59,698 bases of DNA, filler included, from Squatina squatina (GCA_031763465.1; 3 parts of 3 records of this genome joined end to end with filler, not necessarily neighbours in it), one strand, 5' to 3'; positions 23,490 to 36,587 are shown, numbered from the whole stretch's first letter. Notes: generated from the sequence alone by a model not told the origin. A program made the numbers and translations.

Positions 23490-24148
23490 CCCCAAGATGA
23501 CCCCATATCTGCACCATCACCAAGACCATCTACTTCCACCTTCGTAACATCATCCAAATCCACTCCTGTCTCAGCTCATCTACTGCTGAAACCCTCATCC
23601 ATGCCTTTGTTACTACTAGAATTGACTATTCCAACACTCCTGGCTGTCCTCCCACCTTTCACCTTCCATGAATTTGAGCTCATCCAAAACTCTGCTGCCC
23701 ATATCCTAGCTCGCACCGAATCACATTCAGCCTTCCCAATATCACTGATCTATATTGGCTCCCAGTTTGGCAACGCCTCAATTTTAAAAGTCCAATCCTT
23801 GCTTTCAAATCCCTTCTCAATCCTTCCCTATCTCTATAAGCTCCTCCAGCCCTACAATCTTCTGAGATCTCGACACTCCTCCAATTCTGGCCACTTGCAC
23901 ATTCCTGATATTAATCGCTCCACCATTGGTGGTTGTGCTTTCAGGTGCCTAGGCACTAAGCTCTGGAATTCCCTCCTTAAACCTCTCCATCTCTCTACTT
24001 CTCTCTCCTCCTTTAAGACATTCTAAAACCTACCTTATCTGTCCTAATTTTTCCGTATGTAGCTCGGTGTCAAATTTTGTTTGTTATCACTCCTGTGAAG
24101 ATGTTTTACTATGTTAAAGGTGCTGTATAAATGCAAGTTTTGTTGTTA
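23490..24148 (+). mobile_element. L2 LINE 3' fragment
   Basis: YFHLRNI, AETLIHAFVT, ELIQNSAAHIL, KLWNSL motifs across frameshifts; ends in ataaatgcaagttttgttgtt. Confidence 0.85.
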
Positions 24149-24154
24149 CAAGGT

Positions 24155-24843
24155 CTTTCTTCTTAGACAATCCTTCGAGGTCGAGGATGACTTGCTTCTA
24201 CTCGGGTGTTGTGGGTTCTGAGATGACTAAATTGTCCTATCCGGGATCCACAAACTCTATCATAGGTGGAGCAGGTGGTATTTGATGGGACAAGTGGGTG
24301 GGATGCTCAGGTTTCCGTGCACTCCTTCCGCTACCTGTGCTGGGCCCCCACGTGCTCCCGCCGGAGAAGTCCCTAGTGGTTGGCACCTTCGCGGATGCTT
24401 CTCCTCCAGTTCGGGTGGTCTTGGGTCAGAGATTCTCATGCGTCAGTGGGGCTGTTACACTTTTTCAGGGCGGCTGTGAGGACGGCCTNNNNNNNNNNCT
24501 TCCTCTGCCCTCTTGGTGATCACTTGCCATGACGAAGCTCGGAATAGAGTGCTTGTTTCGGGAGTCTTGAGTCAGGCATGCGGACGATGCAGCCTGCCCA
24601 GCGCAGCTGGTTGAGTGTGACCAGTGCCTCGATGCTGGGGATGTTGGCCTGTGAGAGGTCACTGACATTGGTTTGCCTATCCTGCCAGTGGATTTACAGG
24701 ATTTTGCGAAGGCAGCGTTGGTGGTACTTCTGCAGTGCTTTGAGGTGTCTGCTGAACATTGACCATGTCTCTGACACATATAAGAGGGCAGGTTTCACTG
24801 CTGCCCTGTAGACCACGAGCTTGGTGCCAGGTTTGAGGTCTTT
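24155..24843 (-). mobile_element. RTE-clade LINE 3' fragment (copy 1)
   Basis: KDLKPGTKLVVYRAAVKPALLY..HQRCLRKIL; 3' end gaagcaagtcatcctcga with short GAA tail. Confidence 0.88.
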
Positions 24844-25473
24844 NNNNNNNNNNNNNNNNNNNNNNNNNNNNNNNNNNNNNNNNNNNNNNNNNNNNNNNNN
24901 NNNNNNNNNNNNNNNNNNNNNNNNNNNNNNNNNNNNNNNNNNNCGGTGAGTGTGGGTGTCTCCCACCCACCCCCCAATCATCATATGGGCTGTGGGAACA
25001 CCCTTAGGACTAATCACCCTATCAGATGGTATAAAGATGGTTACAGCCATGGATACAATGTTCATGTCAGACTGCTAATCAGCTTGCAAATCCTTGCACA
25101 ACTACATGCTGTCGTCCAAGGGAAGAGTGTGAGGATATGACAACAACATCCAATGTGTCCATTCAAAATAAGGCACTAACATAATGGAAAGCAAATAGCA
25201 TTGTTGTACATGCACTTGGCATAATGTGGGTGAAGCTTGTTAATATTAGTGCCTTCACGTATATCAGAATACACATATTATATGCAACTTCAATTGTATT
25301 GAGTGCTGGTTGGAGTGGGACAGCAACAACTTGGATTTATACAGTGACTTTAACATCCCAAGGCGCTAATCATACTGATGGAGTATGTCACAGAATCAGT
25401 TGGAATTTACAGATCAGTGTAGATTAGCGCTGCAAAAAAATAAATGATTCAACTGCTTTCAAAATATCTCTTC

Positions 25474-26557
25474 ACTTATGGGGTCGAGGATGACTTGCTT
25501 CCACTCCGGAGCTGTGGATTCTGAGATGATTAAGTAGTCCTATACGGGATCCGCAAACTCGACCACAGGTGGGGCAGGTGGTGTTGGCGAGTGGGTGGGA
25601 TGCTCGGATTTTCTCACGCACCTTCCGCTGCTTGCGCTTGGCCTTCACGTGCTCCCACCAGAGAAGCTCGAAGTGGTTGGCGCCTTCACGGATGCTGCTC
25701 CTCCAGTTCGGGCGGTCTTGGGCCCAGAGATTCCCATGAGTTGGTGGGGATGCTACATTTTTACAAGGAGGCTTTGAGGATGTTCTTGAAGTGTTTTCTC
25801 TGCCCTCCTGGTAATCGTTTGCCTTGACGAAGCTTGGAGTAGAGTGCTTGCTTTGGGAGCCTTGTATCAGGCATGCGGACGATGTGGCCCCTCCCATCGC
25901 AGCTTATTGAGCATGCCTCGATGCTGGGGATGTTGGCCTGAGAGAGGACGCTGACATTGGTGCATTTATCCTGCCAATTAATTTGCAGGATTTTGCGAAG
26001 GCAGTGGAGGCAGGTATTTCTCCAGTGCTTCTGAGGTGCCTGCTGGACAGTGACCATGTCTCCGATGCGTACAGGAGGGTAGGTATCACTGATGACCATG
26101 AGCTTGGTGCCGGGTCTGAAGTCTTTGTCTTCAAATAGTCTCTTCCTCAGGCGCCCGAGGACTGTGCTGGAATACTGAAGGCAGTGTTGGATTTCATCGT
26201 CTATGTCTGCCCTCGCTGAGAGGCGGCTCCCAAGGTATGGGAAGTGTTCCACGTTGTCCAGGGGCTAGCTGTGGATCTTGATATTTGGGGGTTGGTGTTG
26301 TGTGGCTGGGGCAGGCTGGTGTAGGACGTTTTTCTTGCGGATGTTCAGTGTGAGGCCTATTCTCTCATATGCCTCAGTGAATAAATCGACTATGGATTGG
26401 AGCTCAGCCTCTGAGTGTGCGCACACACAGGCATCGTCTGCTTATTGCAGCTCGATGACAGAGGTTGAGGTGAACTTGGATTTGGACTGGAGGCAGTGAA
26501 GGTTGAAGAGTTTCCCACTCGTCCTGTAGATTACCTCAACTCCAGTCGGGAGTTTCA
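25474..26557 (-). mobile_element. RTE-clade LINE 3' fragment (copy 2)
   Basis: ELQ*ADD, HFPYLGS, GHIVRMPDTRLPKQALYSKL..GGQRKHFK, C-terminal CPTCGRVC..HLRIH; stops and frameshifts. Confidence 0.9.
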
Positions 26558-26657
26558 NNNNNNNNNNNNNNNNNNNNNNNNNNNNNNNNNNNNNNNNNNN
26601 NNNNNNNNNNNNNNNNNNNNNNNNNNNNNNNNNNNNNNNNNNNNNNNNNNNNNNNNN

Positions 26658-27375
26658 ATGATGTGGCCCACCCATCGCAGCTAATTGAGCATGACCTTGA
26701 TGCTGGGGATGTTGGCCTGAGAGAGGACGCTGACATTGGAACGCCTATCCTGACAGTGGATTTGCAGGATTTTGCGGAGGCAGCGTTTGTGATACTTCTC
26801 CAGTGCTTTGAGGTATCTACTGTACATTGTCCATGTCTCTGACGTATACAGGGGGGCGGGTATCACTGCTGCCCTATAGACCATGAGGTTGGTACCAGGT
26901 TTGAGGTCTTTATCTTCAAACACTCTTTTCCTCAGGTGGCCGAAGGTTGTACTGGCACACGGGAGGCGGTGTTGGGTTTCATTGTCTATGTCTGCCCTCA
27001 CTGAGAGGAGGCTCCCAAGGTATGGAAAGTGATCCACATTGTCTCGGGGCTGGCCGTGGATCTTGATAGTCAGGGGACAGTGTTGTGCGGCAGAAGCAGG
27101 CTGGTAAAGCACCTTTGCCTTTCAGATGTTTAGTGTAAGGCCCATTCTCTCGTATGCCTCAGTGAATGAATCGACGATGCATTGGAGCTCAGTCTCCGAG
27201 TGTGCACACACACAAGCATCGTCTGCGTACTGCAGCTCGATGATAGAGTTTGGGGTGGTCTTGGTTCTGGACTGGAGGCGACAGAGGTTGAACAGTTTCC
27301 CGCTCGTCCTGTAGATTAGCTCAACTCCAGCGGAGAGCTTCATGGAGATGGGCTGGAGTGTTGTGGCGAGGAAGA
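26658..27375 (-). mobile_element. RTE-clade LINE RT fragment (copy 3)
   Basis: ELQYADDAC..GLTLNI, frameshift near 27120, then HFPYLGSLLS..KDLKPGTNLMVYRAAV. Confidence 0.9.
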
Positions 27376-27475
27376 NNNNNNNNNNNNNNNNNNNNNNNNN
27401 NNNNNNNNNNNNNNNNNNNNNNNNNNNNNNNNNNNNNNNNNNNNNNNNNNNNNNNNNNNNNNNNNNNNNNNNNNN

Positions 27476-28091
27476 AGGAGGGCGGGTATCACTGCTGCCC
27501 TGTAGACCATGAGCTTGGTATCAAGTTTGAGGTCTTTATCTTCAAATACTCTTTTCCTCAGGCAGCTGAAGGCTGTACTGGCACACTGGAAACATTGTTG
27601 GGTTTCATTGTCTATGTCGGCCCTCGCTGAGAGGAGGCTTCCAAGGTATGGAAAGTGTTCCACGTTGTCCAAGGTCTCGCCATGGATCTTGCTAGTCATG
27701 GGGCAGTGTTGTGCGGTGGGAGCAGGTTGATAAAGGGCCTTTCTCTTTCGGATGTTTAGCATAAGGCCCATTCTCTCGTATGCCTCAGTGAACGAATCGA
27801 TGATAGTTTGGAGCCCCGCCTCAGAGTGTGCACACACACAAGCGTCATCTGCGTACTGCAGCTCGATGACCGAGATTGGGCTGGTCTTGGTTCTGGACTG
27901 GTGGCGATGGAAGTTGAACAGTTTCCTGCTCATCCTGTAGATTAGCTGAACTCCAGTGGGGAGCTTCATGGAGATGGGGTGGACTGTTGCGGTGAGGAAG
28001 ATGGAAAAGAGCATTGGTGCGGTGACGCAGCCTTGTTTGACTCCAGTTTGCACTTGTATTGGGCCTGTGGTGGATCCGTTGGTGAGAATCA
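27476..28091 (-). mobile_element. RTE-clade LINE RT fragment (copy 4)
   Basis: GVKQGCVTAPMLF..ELQYADDAC..HFPYLGS..KDLKLDTKLMVYRAAV, open across the contig. Confidence 0.9.
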
Positions 28092-29462
28092 NNNNNNNNN
28101 NNNNNNNNNNNNNNNNNNNNNNNNNNNNNNNNNNNNNNNNNNNNNNNNNNNNNNNNNNNNNNNNNNNNNNNNNNNNNNNNNNNNNNNNNNNCTCCTATTT
28201 CTTAGCTATACAGGGGGTAAAAATACATAAGTAGTTTCTCGTATTAAAACAATAACGATCCAATACTTTTTTTGCCCACATTTTTCAAAGCCACGTCACA
28301 GCTTCATTTCGGAAGCTGGATAAAACGTTTGGTGGAACTTGTGCACGAATGTTGATGCAAGGTAACGTCCTCCCAGCAAAGCACAAGCAACCTCATTAAT
28401 TAATGAAGACCTGTTTCCACGAAAGCCGGGCCCAGTGTCATTAACTCCGATGAAAGTTCATGATGCTAATATTTATTTCAGCAATGGATAAACTGCGACA
28501 GTTTCACAAGGATTGAATGAACATCTGAGGGTTTAAAAAAGCAGAAATATCTAAATACTCAAGAGGGACTTTGAAGGGGGAATGTTCCCAGTTTCCTGTG
28601 ATGGTAATTTACATACAGGAACAGGATGTTATTTTATAGATTTCCTCTAAAAGAACATGCCATTTATATCATAAGATCTGCACTGGCAAATATTCCGTCA
28701 GGTAAATTTGTTACTTGATCGAGCTGCACCACATAGTGCCCGTAAATGTGTAACATAGATTTTTTTTAAAGGCCATATTTACTACAGGAAAACATCCAAT
28801 CATTTCTGTTACAATATGCTTAGGGTATGCTGTTCCCCATCACTTGCATTAAATAAAACCCGACACTACAGTTCAAATCACGTGGTGGAATATCGTGTGA
28901 TTCAGTCACGGGGGGTTGCCATCTGTTCCTGTCCGCTGCTGCAGCTGCCACTGACAAAGCAAAAAAATCAAAAGGACAACTAGCTAAAGATGGAGCCCAC
29001 CTGGAAACGTGATTTCGAATGGCAGAATTCGGAGTCTGTTTCAAGGACTGAACACAATCAGGACCGAGGTGACACTGACCTTTTCCTTTCTGGTTGATGG
29101 TGCCATGACAACCCCTTTAATGTGTTACTGACTTGCAACACACTGCAGCCTCTATGTAGATCTGTTCCTGAACCAGCATTTTCACAACCTCCGGGACTTT
29201 GTATATTAATCAGCAAATTGTGCCGCACAATGCAAGTATAATAATCTGCCGCACCAAAATCACATGCCCTGTGAGACAGAAAGAAGGAAAGAAGGAAAGA
29301 AAGAACCACCTTCAAAACAACCCAAAGTGTATCATATTCAAAGAACTATATTGAAATGCAGGNNNNNNNNNNNNNNNNNNNNNNNNNNNNNNNNNNNNNN
29401 NNNNNNNNNNNNNNNNNNNNNNNNNNNNNNNNNNNNNNNNNNNNNNNNNNNNNNNNNNNNNN

Positions 29463-30116
29463 GATCTACCTCTTTTTGGTCCAAAATGGATGACCTCATA
29501 CTTAACTGTGTTGAAATCATACTGCCACAGTTTGCCCACTCATTTAATCTAACAATGTGCTTTTCTAATATTATGCTCCTGTCAATGCTACTTACTATGC
29601 CACTTATCTTAGTGTCATTGGCAAACTTGGATTTATGGCTTTCTATTATGTTACCTAAGTCATTAATAAATATAGTGAATAGTTGAGGCCTCAGCACATA
29701 TTCTTCTGAAGCACCACGAGTCACTTCCTTCCTATTCGAGTACATACCCATTATCCCTACTTTGTCTTTTACCATCTAACCAATTTCTTAATCAGGTCAA
29801 TAATTTGCCTTCAGTTTTATGGGCTTTAATTTTAGCTAACAATCTCTTACATGGAAACTTATTGTCTGCCTTCTGGCAGACCAAATAAACTACATCCATA
29901 GACATTTCCCTGTATACTACTTTAGTTACTTCCTTAAAAAATTCAATGAGATTCATTAGACATGGCCTACCTTTTGCAAATCTATGTTGGCTCTCTTTAT
30001 CAGCTCAAATTGCTCTGAGTGCTCAGTCACTTTGTTCTTAATTATAGATTCCAATAACGTCCCCAAAACAGATGTTAGGCTACCATGTCTATCATTTCTT
30101 CTACCTTGTTCATCTT
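29463..30116 (-). mobile_element. CR1 LINE RT fragment
   Basis: SLTSVLGTLLESII, PQLFTIFINDL, SKFANDTKI (decayed FADD motif). Confidence 0.85.
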
Positions 30117-30216
30117 NNNNNNNNNNNNNNNNNNNNNNNNNNNNNNNNNNNNNNNNNNNNNNNNNNNNNNNNNNNNNNNNNNNNNNNNNNNNNNNNNNNN
30201 NNNNNNNNNNNNNNNN

Positions 30217-30300
30217 AAGATCAGCCATGATCTCATTGAATGGCGGAGCAGGCTCGAAGGGCCGAATGGCCCACTCCTGCTCCTATCTTCTATATTTCTA
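30217..30300 (+). mobile_element. CR1 LINE 3' tail
   Basis: gatcagccatgatctcattgaatggcggagcaggctcgaagggccgaatggc, same as 35659-35740. Confidence 0.75.
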
Positions 30301-30682
30301 TAAGTAGCTGCAAGGGTTTTGTGACTTCCATAAGTGCATTCGGTTAAAAACAAACTACTGGCAAATGCAATGCTTTTGTAACAGAACGCTCTCATTCTTG
30401 GCATTAAAACTTTTGTCAGCCTTCAAAGTAAAGCTTCATGCACTATTAAAACTAAATTTAACTTGGCTGCACAAGGCTGGACCAACAATGGAAGGACCCT
30501 GCGGATAGTATAGAGTGCGTCCTTCACAAACAAAGTAGCGTTAATATTTTCCTCTAGCTTTAAAAACTGTAACTATTCATTCTGGTTTTCAACAGGCGTA
30601 AAGGTTTTGCGCCTTTGAATTATTTGGATTGCCACCCATCAAGGAATGAATCTATTTCGCTCCTACAATCAAATTGTTTTAC

Positions 30683-30850
30683 CTGGTGCAACCATTATCT
30701 CATGTTTTTTCGATCGGACCCGTAAAAAGGTCAAGTCATTCTGTGGGTCAATATCTCGGACAGTGCTTCTGGCTTTCATGGCAAGTTGATGGAACAGGCC
30801 TGCATACTGCACTGTGGTAGAGTTATCCAGGGTTGTCCTTATTGGGATTC
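30683..30850 (-). CDS. DYNLRB2: Dynein light chain roadblock-type 2, internal exon (exon 3 equivalent, 168 nt)
   Basis: cag|GA ATC CCA..CCA G|gtaaa; [56 protein letters not shown]; [14 protein letters not shown] and KKHE fit DYNLRB2 rather than DYNLRB1. Confidence 0.95.
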
Positions 30851-33589
30851 CTGCAGATTGCAATATACAGAAACAATTATACAGCTGTCCAAATTAAATT
30901 CATATTTTACTTATATTACAGTTTTAAACACGTGTCCCCTGGTTGCCCAGCCAGCTGACAAAAAATATTTAAAATGTAACAATATCAGTATTTAGAGTAA
31001 ATAAGGGTCAATATCAGTCATAAAAGGGACCTGTAAGCAGTTAATGACATATCAATCTATATATCTAGCCCCTTCTTGACTCTGCTAATACTATCCATCT
31101 CCGTCATCTCCTTGAAGTTCTGCTCATTGATCACACTCTCTACAAATCTAAATTGTTTGTTCACTTTCCCATAAATCAGTTATGATGGGACGCACTGTTG
31201 ATCGTAACCCTCGTCACTCCTCGACAAAAATGCTGCATTCATCTTCTACATTATTTCCCTACCCCGACAAACTGAAACCAGCTGATCGAGCCTTTGTGCC
31301 AATAGCAAGTACCTGAAGCCTTAATGGAGTGGAAAACATGGCTTCATGCTTGTGGCTTCACATTGAGAGTTCAATGGTGGAACAAGCACTATACCACAGA
31401 AAGAAAGCAAGAGGGCAGGTCAATCCAGGTGCTTTGTACAAATCATCTTGTGCCTGCTGACAGGATACGACTGTCAAAATAGCCGAGAGATCTAAAAAGA
31501 ATGTCAAATGTTAAAATCAAATCAAAACAGAAAATGTTGGAAATGCATAATAGGGCAGTCAACATCTGAAAGGAGAAAGAAAAGCCTTCACTTCACGTAC
31601 TTTTGAATTGGGCAAGATAGCTGTCGCTAGGCTGGCAGTTTCATAAGCAGCTCTGGAGCTCTTCACTTCTATCCACTGGAATCTCCAGCCATCCTTTGCC
31701 TTTGCTCTCCCAAATCTCATCGTTTCCACTGTTCAAGTTCCCCTGGCTCCATCAGTTGGTGCATTTTAGTCCCAACTGCAAGTTAGCTGTTTTAAACCNN
31801 NNNNNNNNCTCTCTCTTTCTCAAATTTGGTTTCTGAATTCCTGGACTTCTCTGGACATCAGGACTACGTTTCTGCACTGGACTACACCATAAGATTCAGT
31901 TGCTCTGTCAAACATTTGCTGCTAAAAAAAATGATCTTCCCCACTGTGGCTGTTTCTCTGCTGAGCTGGGTGACTCGTTCTACTGGTTTGTCTGCTTTGT
32001 TGGTTGCTGGCTTGTGGTTTTACATTTTCTCCGCTGCTTCTGATCTATGGTGACCTCCAACTTCACATCAATTTCGCCATCATCCTTCTGCATCGCAACC
32101 GATTCTCATTATCACAGCAATAACATCCATCCTTCAATTCTCTACCCTTCAAATAGCTTCTAGACTTCTCCCGCCTGCTACACCTGTCTCCGGACTTGGA
32201 AAACAGTTCATCAATGCTCCACGCCGACTCCATCCTACCTTTTGTCAACTTTTTCCCTCCATGGGAACTCCGATTTTAACTCTGGACTCACTACTGTTGT
32301 CACCAACCTATTCCCTGTTACTACCAGGAAATATGCACCCCTATAATTGCTATATAACCAGGCCGATGTAACTTGAGTTTTTCTGTGTCCAGTTGCGTGC
32401 GCATTTTGGCTGCCGCCCTGGACCTGAGCCACTGACTTCTATTTCCACTATTTTCCCCCCCTTTTCTTTTCTCTCTATCCCTCCCTGTCCGGTCTCTCCT
32501 GTCAGCATGCTGCCTTTCATCTCTCCCCATTCGGATACACTGCCCTCCCAAATCCCTACTCCAACCCTTCATTACTCATTGGCCTTCCTACTCGCCTGCC
32601 GCCATCCCAGGCTCGGCTCCCTCTTNNNNNNNNNNNNNNNNNNNNNNNNNNNNNNNNNNNNNNNNNNNNNNNNNNNNNNNNNNNNNNNNNNNNNNNNNNN
32701 NNNNNNNNNNNNNNNNNNNNNNNNNCTGAATTTTTCTTTCATTCTTAGAAGTGAGGTGAGCTGTTCAGCATTTGAAGAGTTTCTGTTTTTCATCTCATCA
32801 CAGGTTACCTGCTTCTCTCAGCTGGGGAACTTGGGGATGGGAGGAAGAAGTAATAGTACTGCTATCTGATTCACAAGGCGATTTACAGCCAAGTGGCACA
32901 ACACTGCCTCAATAAATTCTACAGCTTCAATAAAATGCTGCCTTCATTCAGTGTGCAATCTCACAGGAAATACTATATTAGGATCATGGACAATTTAATG
33001 GTATAACCTTCATCATCTTTAATTTGATTGCAATAGTTCTCATTTACTCAGCAAATAGGAGTGCACATGGGATAATAAAGCACCAACTGATGGAGCATAT
33101 GATCACAATACTGGTGAAGAAATAGGCCATTTAGAATATTGTACTAAATATTACAGGGCTTAAAACCATCCCAAAGTGTAGATTACCATTAAAGTTCAGG
33201 CTCCAAATTTGTAAATTTAGAGCATAAAATTGTTCCCTACAAACTGGACATCTATCCACAACCACGCATCTGGCAGTACATCATTTTTTATTAAAATTAA
33301 AGATAAAATTAAATGTTCTCTAAATGCAAGGAGATTTGAAAGTTAGAACGATTGAACCTCTCACTCCATATAAACCCTCATAGTCATACCCATATTCAGG
33401 GCTACACCTCAACCAAACCATCTCCTTGGTCTCCATGTTCCCGTCATNNNNNNNNNNNNNNNNNNNNNNNNNNNNNNNNNNNNNNNNNNNNNNNNNNNNN
33501 NNNNNNNNNNNNNNNNNNNNNNNNNNNNNNNNNNNNNNNNNNNNNNNCAGTCATTAGAAAAGCATTAAGACATATAAAGAGCAACATAC

Positions 33590-33665
33590 CTTCTGAGTTC
33601 ACAACTATAGTGCCAATCACACCTTTGTGAGATTGAATCCTCTTCAGAGTTTCCTCTACCTCACT
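33590..33665 (-). CDS. DYNLRB2: Dynein light chain roadblock-type 2, exon 2 equivalent (76 nt)
   Basis: ttttcttgtttacag|[26 protein letters not shown]|gtatgt; phase joins the 30850 exon. Exons 1 and 4 not seen, presumably in gaps. Confidence 0.95.
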
Positions 33666-34664
33666 CTGTAAACAAGAAAAGAACAGATTAATACAAGATG
33701 GCATTAGATAGATTTTAAGTGTGTTAACTGGTATAATAGTAATCATTAAGAACTTGAGGAAGTGGAAACCTTCAGGGTGGACATGTGCTCTAATTAATGG
33801 CCTGCTATAAAGNNNNNNNNNNGCAACAGTGTATTTAATTTTAAGATTTTGAAATATGGATATGGGCTGGACGAGACTAAACTAAAATAGACCCAGCATT
33901 CCAAAATTAGATGAATAAGAGTGAGAAAGGTACATAAATAGGCAAAAAAAATGCAAAGAGAAAGACTGCATAGCCAGGCAGGGCAAAGAAAAAGAATCAA
34001 AAAGTAAGAAAGACAACACGTGAGCAAGACTCAATGGGGAAGAGGTGAGTGAGGCACAAACGTGTGANNNNNNNNNNNNNNNNNNNNNNNNNNNNNNNNN
34101 NNNNNNNNNNNNNNNNNNNNNNNNNNNNNNNNNNNNNNNNNNNNNNNNNNNNNNNNNNNNNNNNNNNTGACTTTTAACCTTCCCTCTTTGTTTTGTTCAA
34201 TATAAAGGAGCTTGGCTGTCTTCTAGATTATAAAGTATCTTTACCTGAAATGTTTACCTATGTCTTTTATTTTGATGATGGCGTATTTTCTTTCAGCATT
34301 TTTGATGGGTACCCTCTCTGAAATGGATATGTAAACAGCATAGAGAATCACTTGCACAGCTTTACCAAGGCAACAAATCCACATTCCAAACCACTCGTTC
34401 CTACACGAACAAGTAGATTTGTTTAGAGCTGCTTATGGCTAGCGGATTAATTCTGTACATGTGGTAAAGATGATACTCTAGCTCAATTTTAATTTGGTGA
34501 TCAGAATTTGATAATTGGATGTAAACAATTAGAGAGTTAGTGGGGGAAAAAGTAAAACAGTTGGGACTAATGGATTAATTTATTATTTAATTCCCCATTT
34601 GACTTTGTTTAGATCTTTCTTTAAAGTTAGTTATTGAAGTTGCTTATAAAATCTCTCCTCTTAG

Positions 34665-34843
34665 TCACATCAACAAAAGGACCACGTACCTGGATCCACG
34701 TTTAGCATTCACTGTTGAAGAGACATCTGAGAAACCAAATATTCGGCAGAGGTATGATGGGAACAGTGCTGCTATGGAAATTTTACAAGGTCGAGACCTA
34801 AGTGGCAAAGTTGTCATTGTCACTGGGGCCAATTCAGGGATTG
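34665..34843 (+). CDS. WWOX: WW domain-containing oxidoreductase, internal exon (179 nt; end of WW2 to start of SDR)
   Basis: ctcttag|t [59 protein letters not shown] g|gtaagt; includes the TGxxxGIG cofactor motif. Not in the ORF track. Confidence 0.95.
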
Positions 34844-35039
34844 GTAAGTAGCACCAGTTTGATATCCAACATCTTGATCAATAGAAAATACTGTTTTATA
34901 GTTGGAGATTATGGAATATTTTGCCTCCCTCAATCCAATTGATGCATACTGACTTTCAATCTTAGTGGTGACTCGAACAATGGATCTCAGCCCTCAATTA
35001 GTTATCAAAAATTTAAAATGGGTGATATTTTTTCCGTTT

Positions 35040-35742
35040 TTAGGGATTTTGGTGTCCTCGTACATGAAACACAAAGTTAGCCTGCAGGTGCAGCACGTAA
35101 TTGGGAAGGCAAATGGAATGTTGGCTTTTATTTCAAGGGGGATGATGGAGTGTAAAAGTAGGGAAGTCTTGCTACAACTCTACAGGGCGCTGGTGAGACC
35201 ACCTGGAGCACTGCGCACATTTTTGGTCCCCTTATTTAAGGAAGGGTATACTTGCATTGGAAGCAGTTCAGAGAAGGTTCACGAGGTTGATTCCTGGGAT
35301 GGAAGGGTTATGAGGAAAGGTTGAGCAGGTTGGGCTGATACTCATTGGAGTTTAGAAGAATGAGAGGTGATCTTATTGAAACATAAGATTCTGAGGGGGC
35401 TTAACAGGGTAAATGCTGAGAGGATGTTTTGCCGTGAGAGAATCTAGAACTAGGGGAAACAGTCTCAGAATAAGGGGTAGCCCATTTAAGACGGAGATGA
35501 GGAGCAATTTCTTCTAAGGATTGTAAATCTTGAAATTCTTTACCCCGGAGAGCTGTGTCATTGAATATATTCAAGGCTGAGATGGACAGATTTTTGATCA
35601 GCAAGGGAGTCAAAGGATATGGGGAACAGGCAGGGAAGTGGAGTTGAGGCCAGAATCAGATCAGCCATGAGCTCATTGAATGGCAAAGCAGGCTCGAAGG
35701 GCCAAATGGCCTACTCCTGCTCCCATTTCTTATGTTCTTACG
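35040..35742 (+). mobile_element. CR1 LINE 3' fragment in WWOX intron
   Basis: KANGMLAFISRG..REVLLQLYRALVRP, then RGDLIET-like segment and 3' UTR/tail. Confidence 0.88.
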
Positions 35743-36016
35743 GTTTGGGTGAAAATTAGCCAATAGTTGATGTATCATAGGAACATGGAATTGTTAGACA
35801 AAAAAGTCAAAGGTCCATCTAGTTCACCGTCTACCATCCTGGCAGTCGCACCGATAATGATTATAGCAATCGATCTTTATTAATTGATCTATAATTAGTC
35901 AGCAAGTGCCGATTATGTAAACCAATAATGTCGGCATCAGTTACCATGTTCAGGAGAGGTAAAGGTATGGAAATGTAATCTTCGTACCATTTCCAAGGAC
36001 GGCTGTTGGAACATAA

Positions 36017-36205
36017 TGGTGGTAACTTTCAACTTTGCCGTTTCTGCGATAACCTTGCAGAGCGGAATACCTGGCCTCCGTAGATCCTGACCAATTTTTA
36101 TCCCATTGAAATCAATCGGATGGAAGCCCGGAAGGCTCCACAAAGGGCGGTCGATCCGTTCCACCTTGTTACTGCCCAAGTGGCGACGTTGAAAATGATC
36201 CCCTA
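36017..36205. mobile_element. MITE-like inverted-repeat element
   Basis: ggtaactttcaactttgccg..gcagagcgga pairs imperfectly with tccgttccacc..tggcgacgttgaaaatgatcc; central near-palindrome ccattgaaatcaatcgg. Confidence 0.55.
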
Positions 36206-36487
36206 TGTTTCCATACTTAACAGTGGTTCCTGGCACTCTCAGCACCTGCTGGAGTCGAGGCTGGGCTTGGGGTTACATTTCAGTTGACAGAGAGCTGGAG
36301 CTGGAGCAGGAGACCAGTCATTTAAAAAAAAAATCAGAAATCGCTTTGATTTAAAATTTATAAGAATTTCTTGTTTTTCCACAAGCGCTCGAAGATGAGG
36401 CTGTTCGAGAGCCTTGTTGCCAACCTACCGGTTTTTAAAATTCTGACATTTAAAATTCTCATCCTTGTGTTCAAATCCCTCAATGGC

Positions 36488-36587
36488 NNNNNNNNNNNNN
36501 NNNNNNNNNNNNNNNNNNNNNNNNNNNNNNNTTAATTAATTAANNNNNNNNNNNNNNNNNNNNNNNNNNNNNNNNNNNNNNNNNNNN
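36488..36587. other. Artificial scaffold linker N44-TTAATTAATTAA-N44
   Basis: 12-mer at 36532-36543; gene synteny switches from a 16q23-like to a 1p36-like block across it. Confidence 0.95.

Noticed and set aside
27340-28053. Host or novel reverse transcriptase gene
   Set aside because: Ordinary RTE LINE fragment; the ORF length is inflated by an N gap and sister copies are disrupted.
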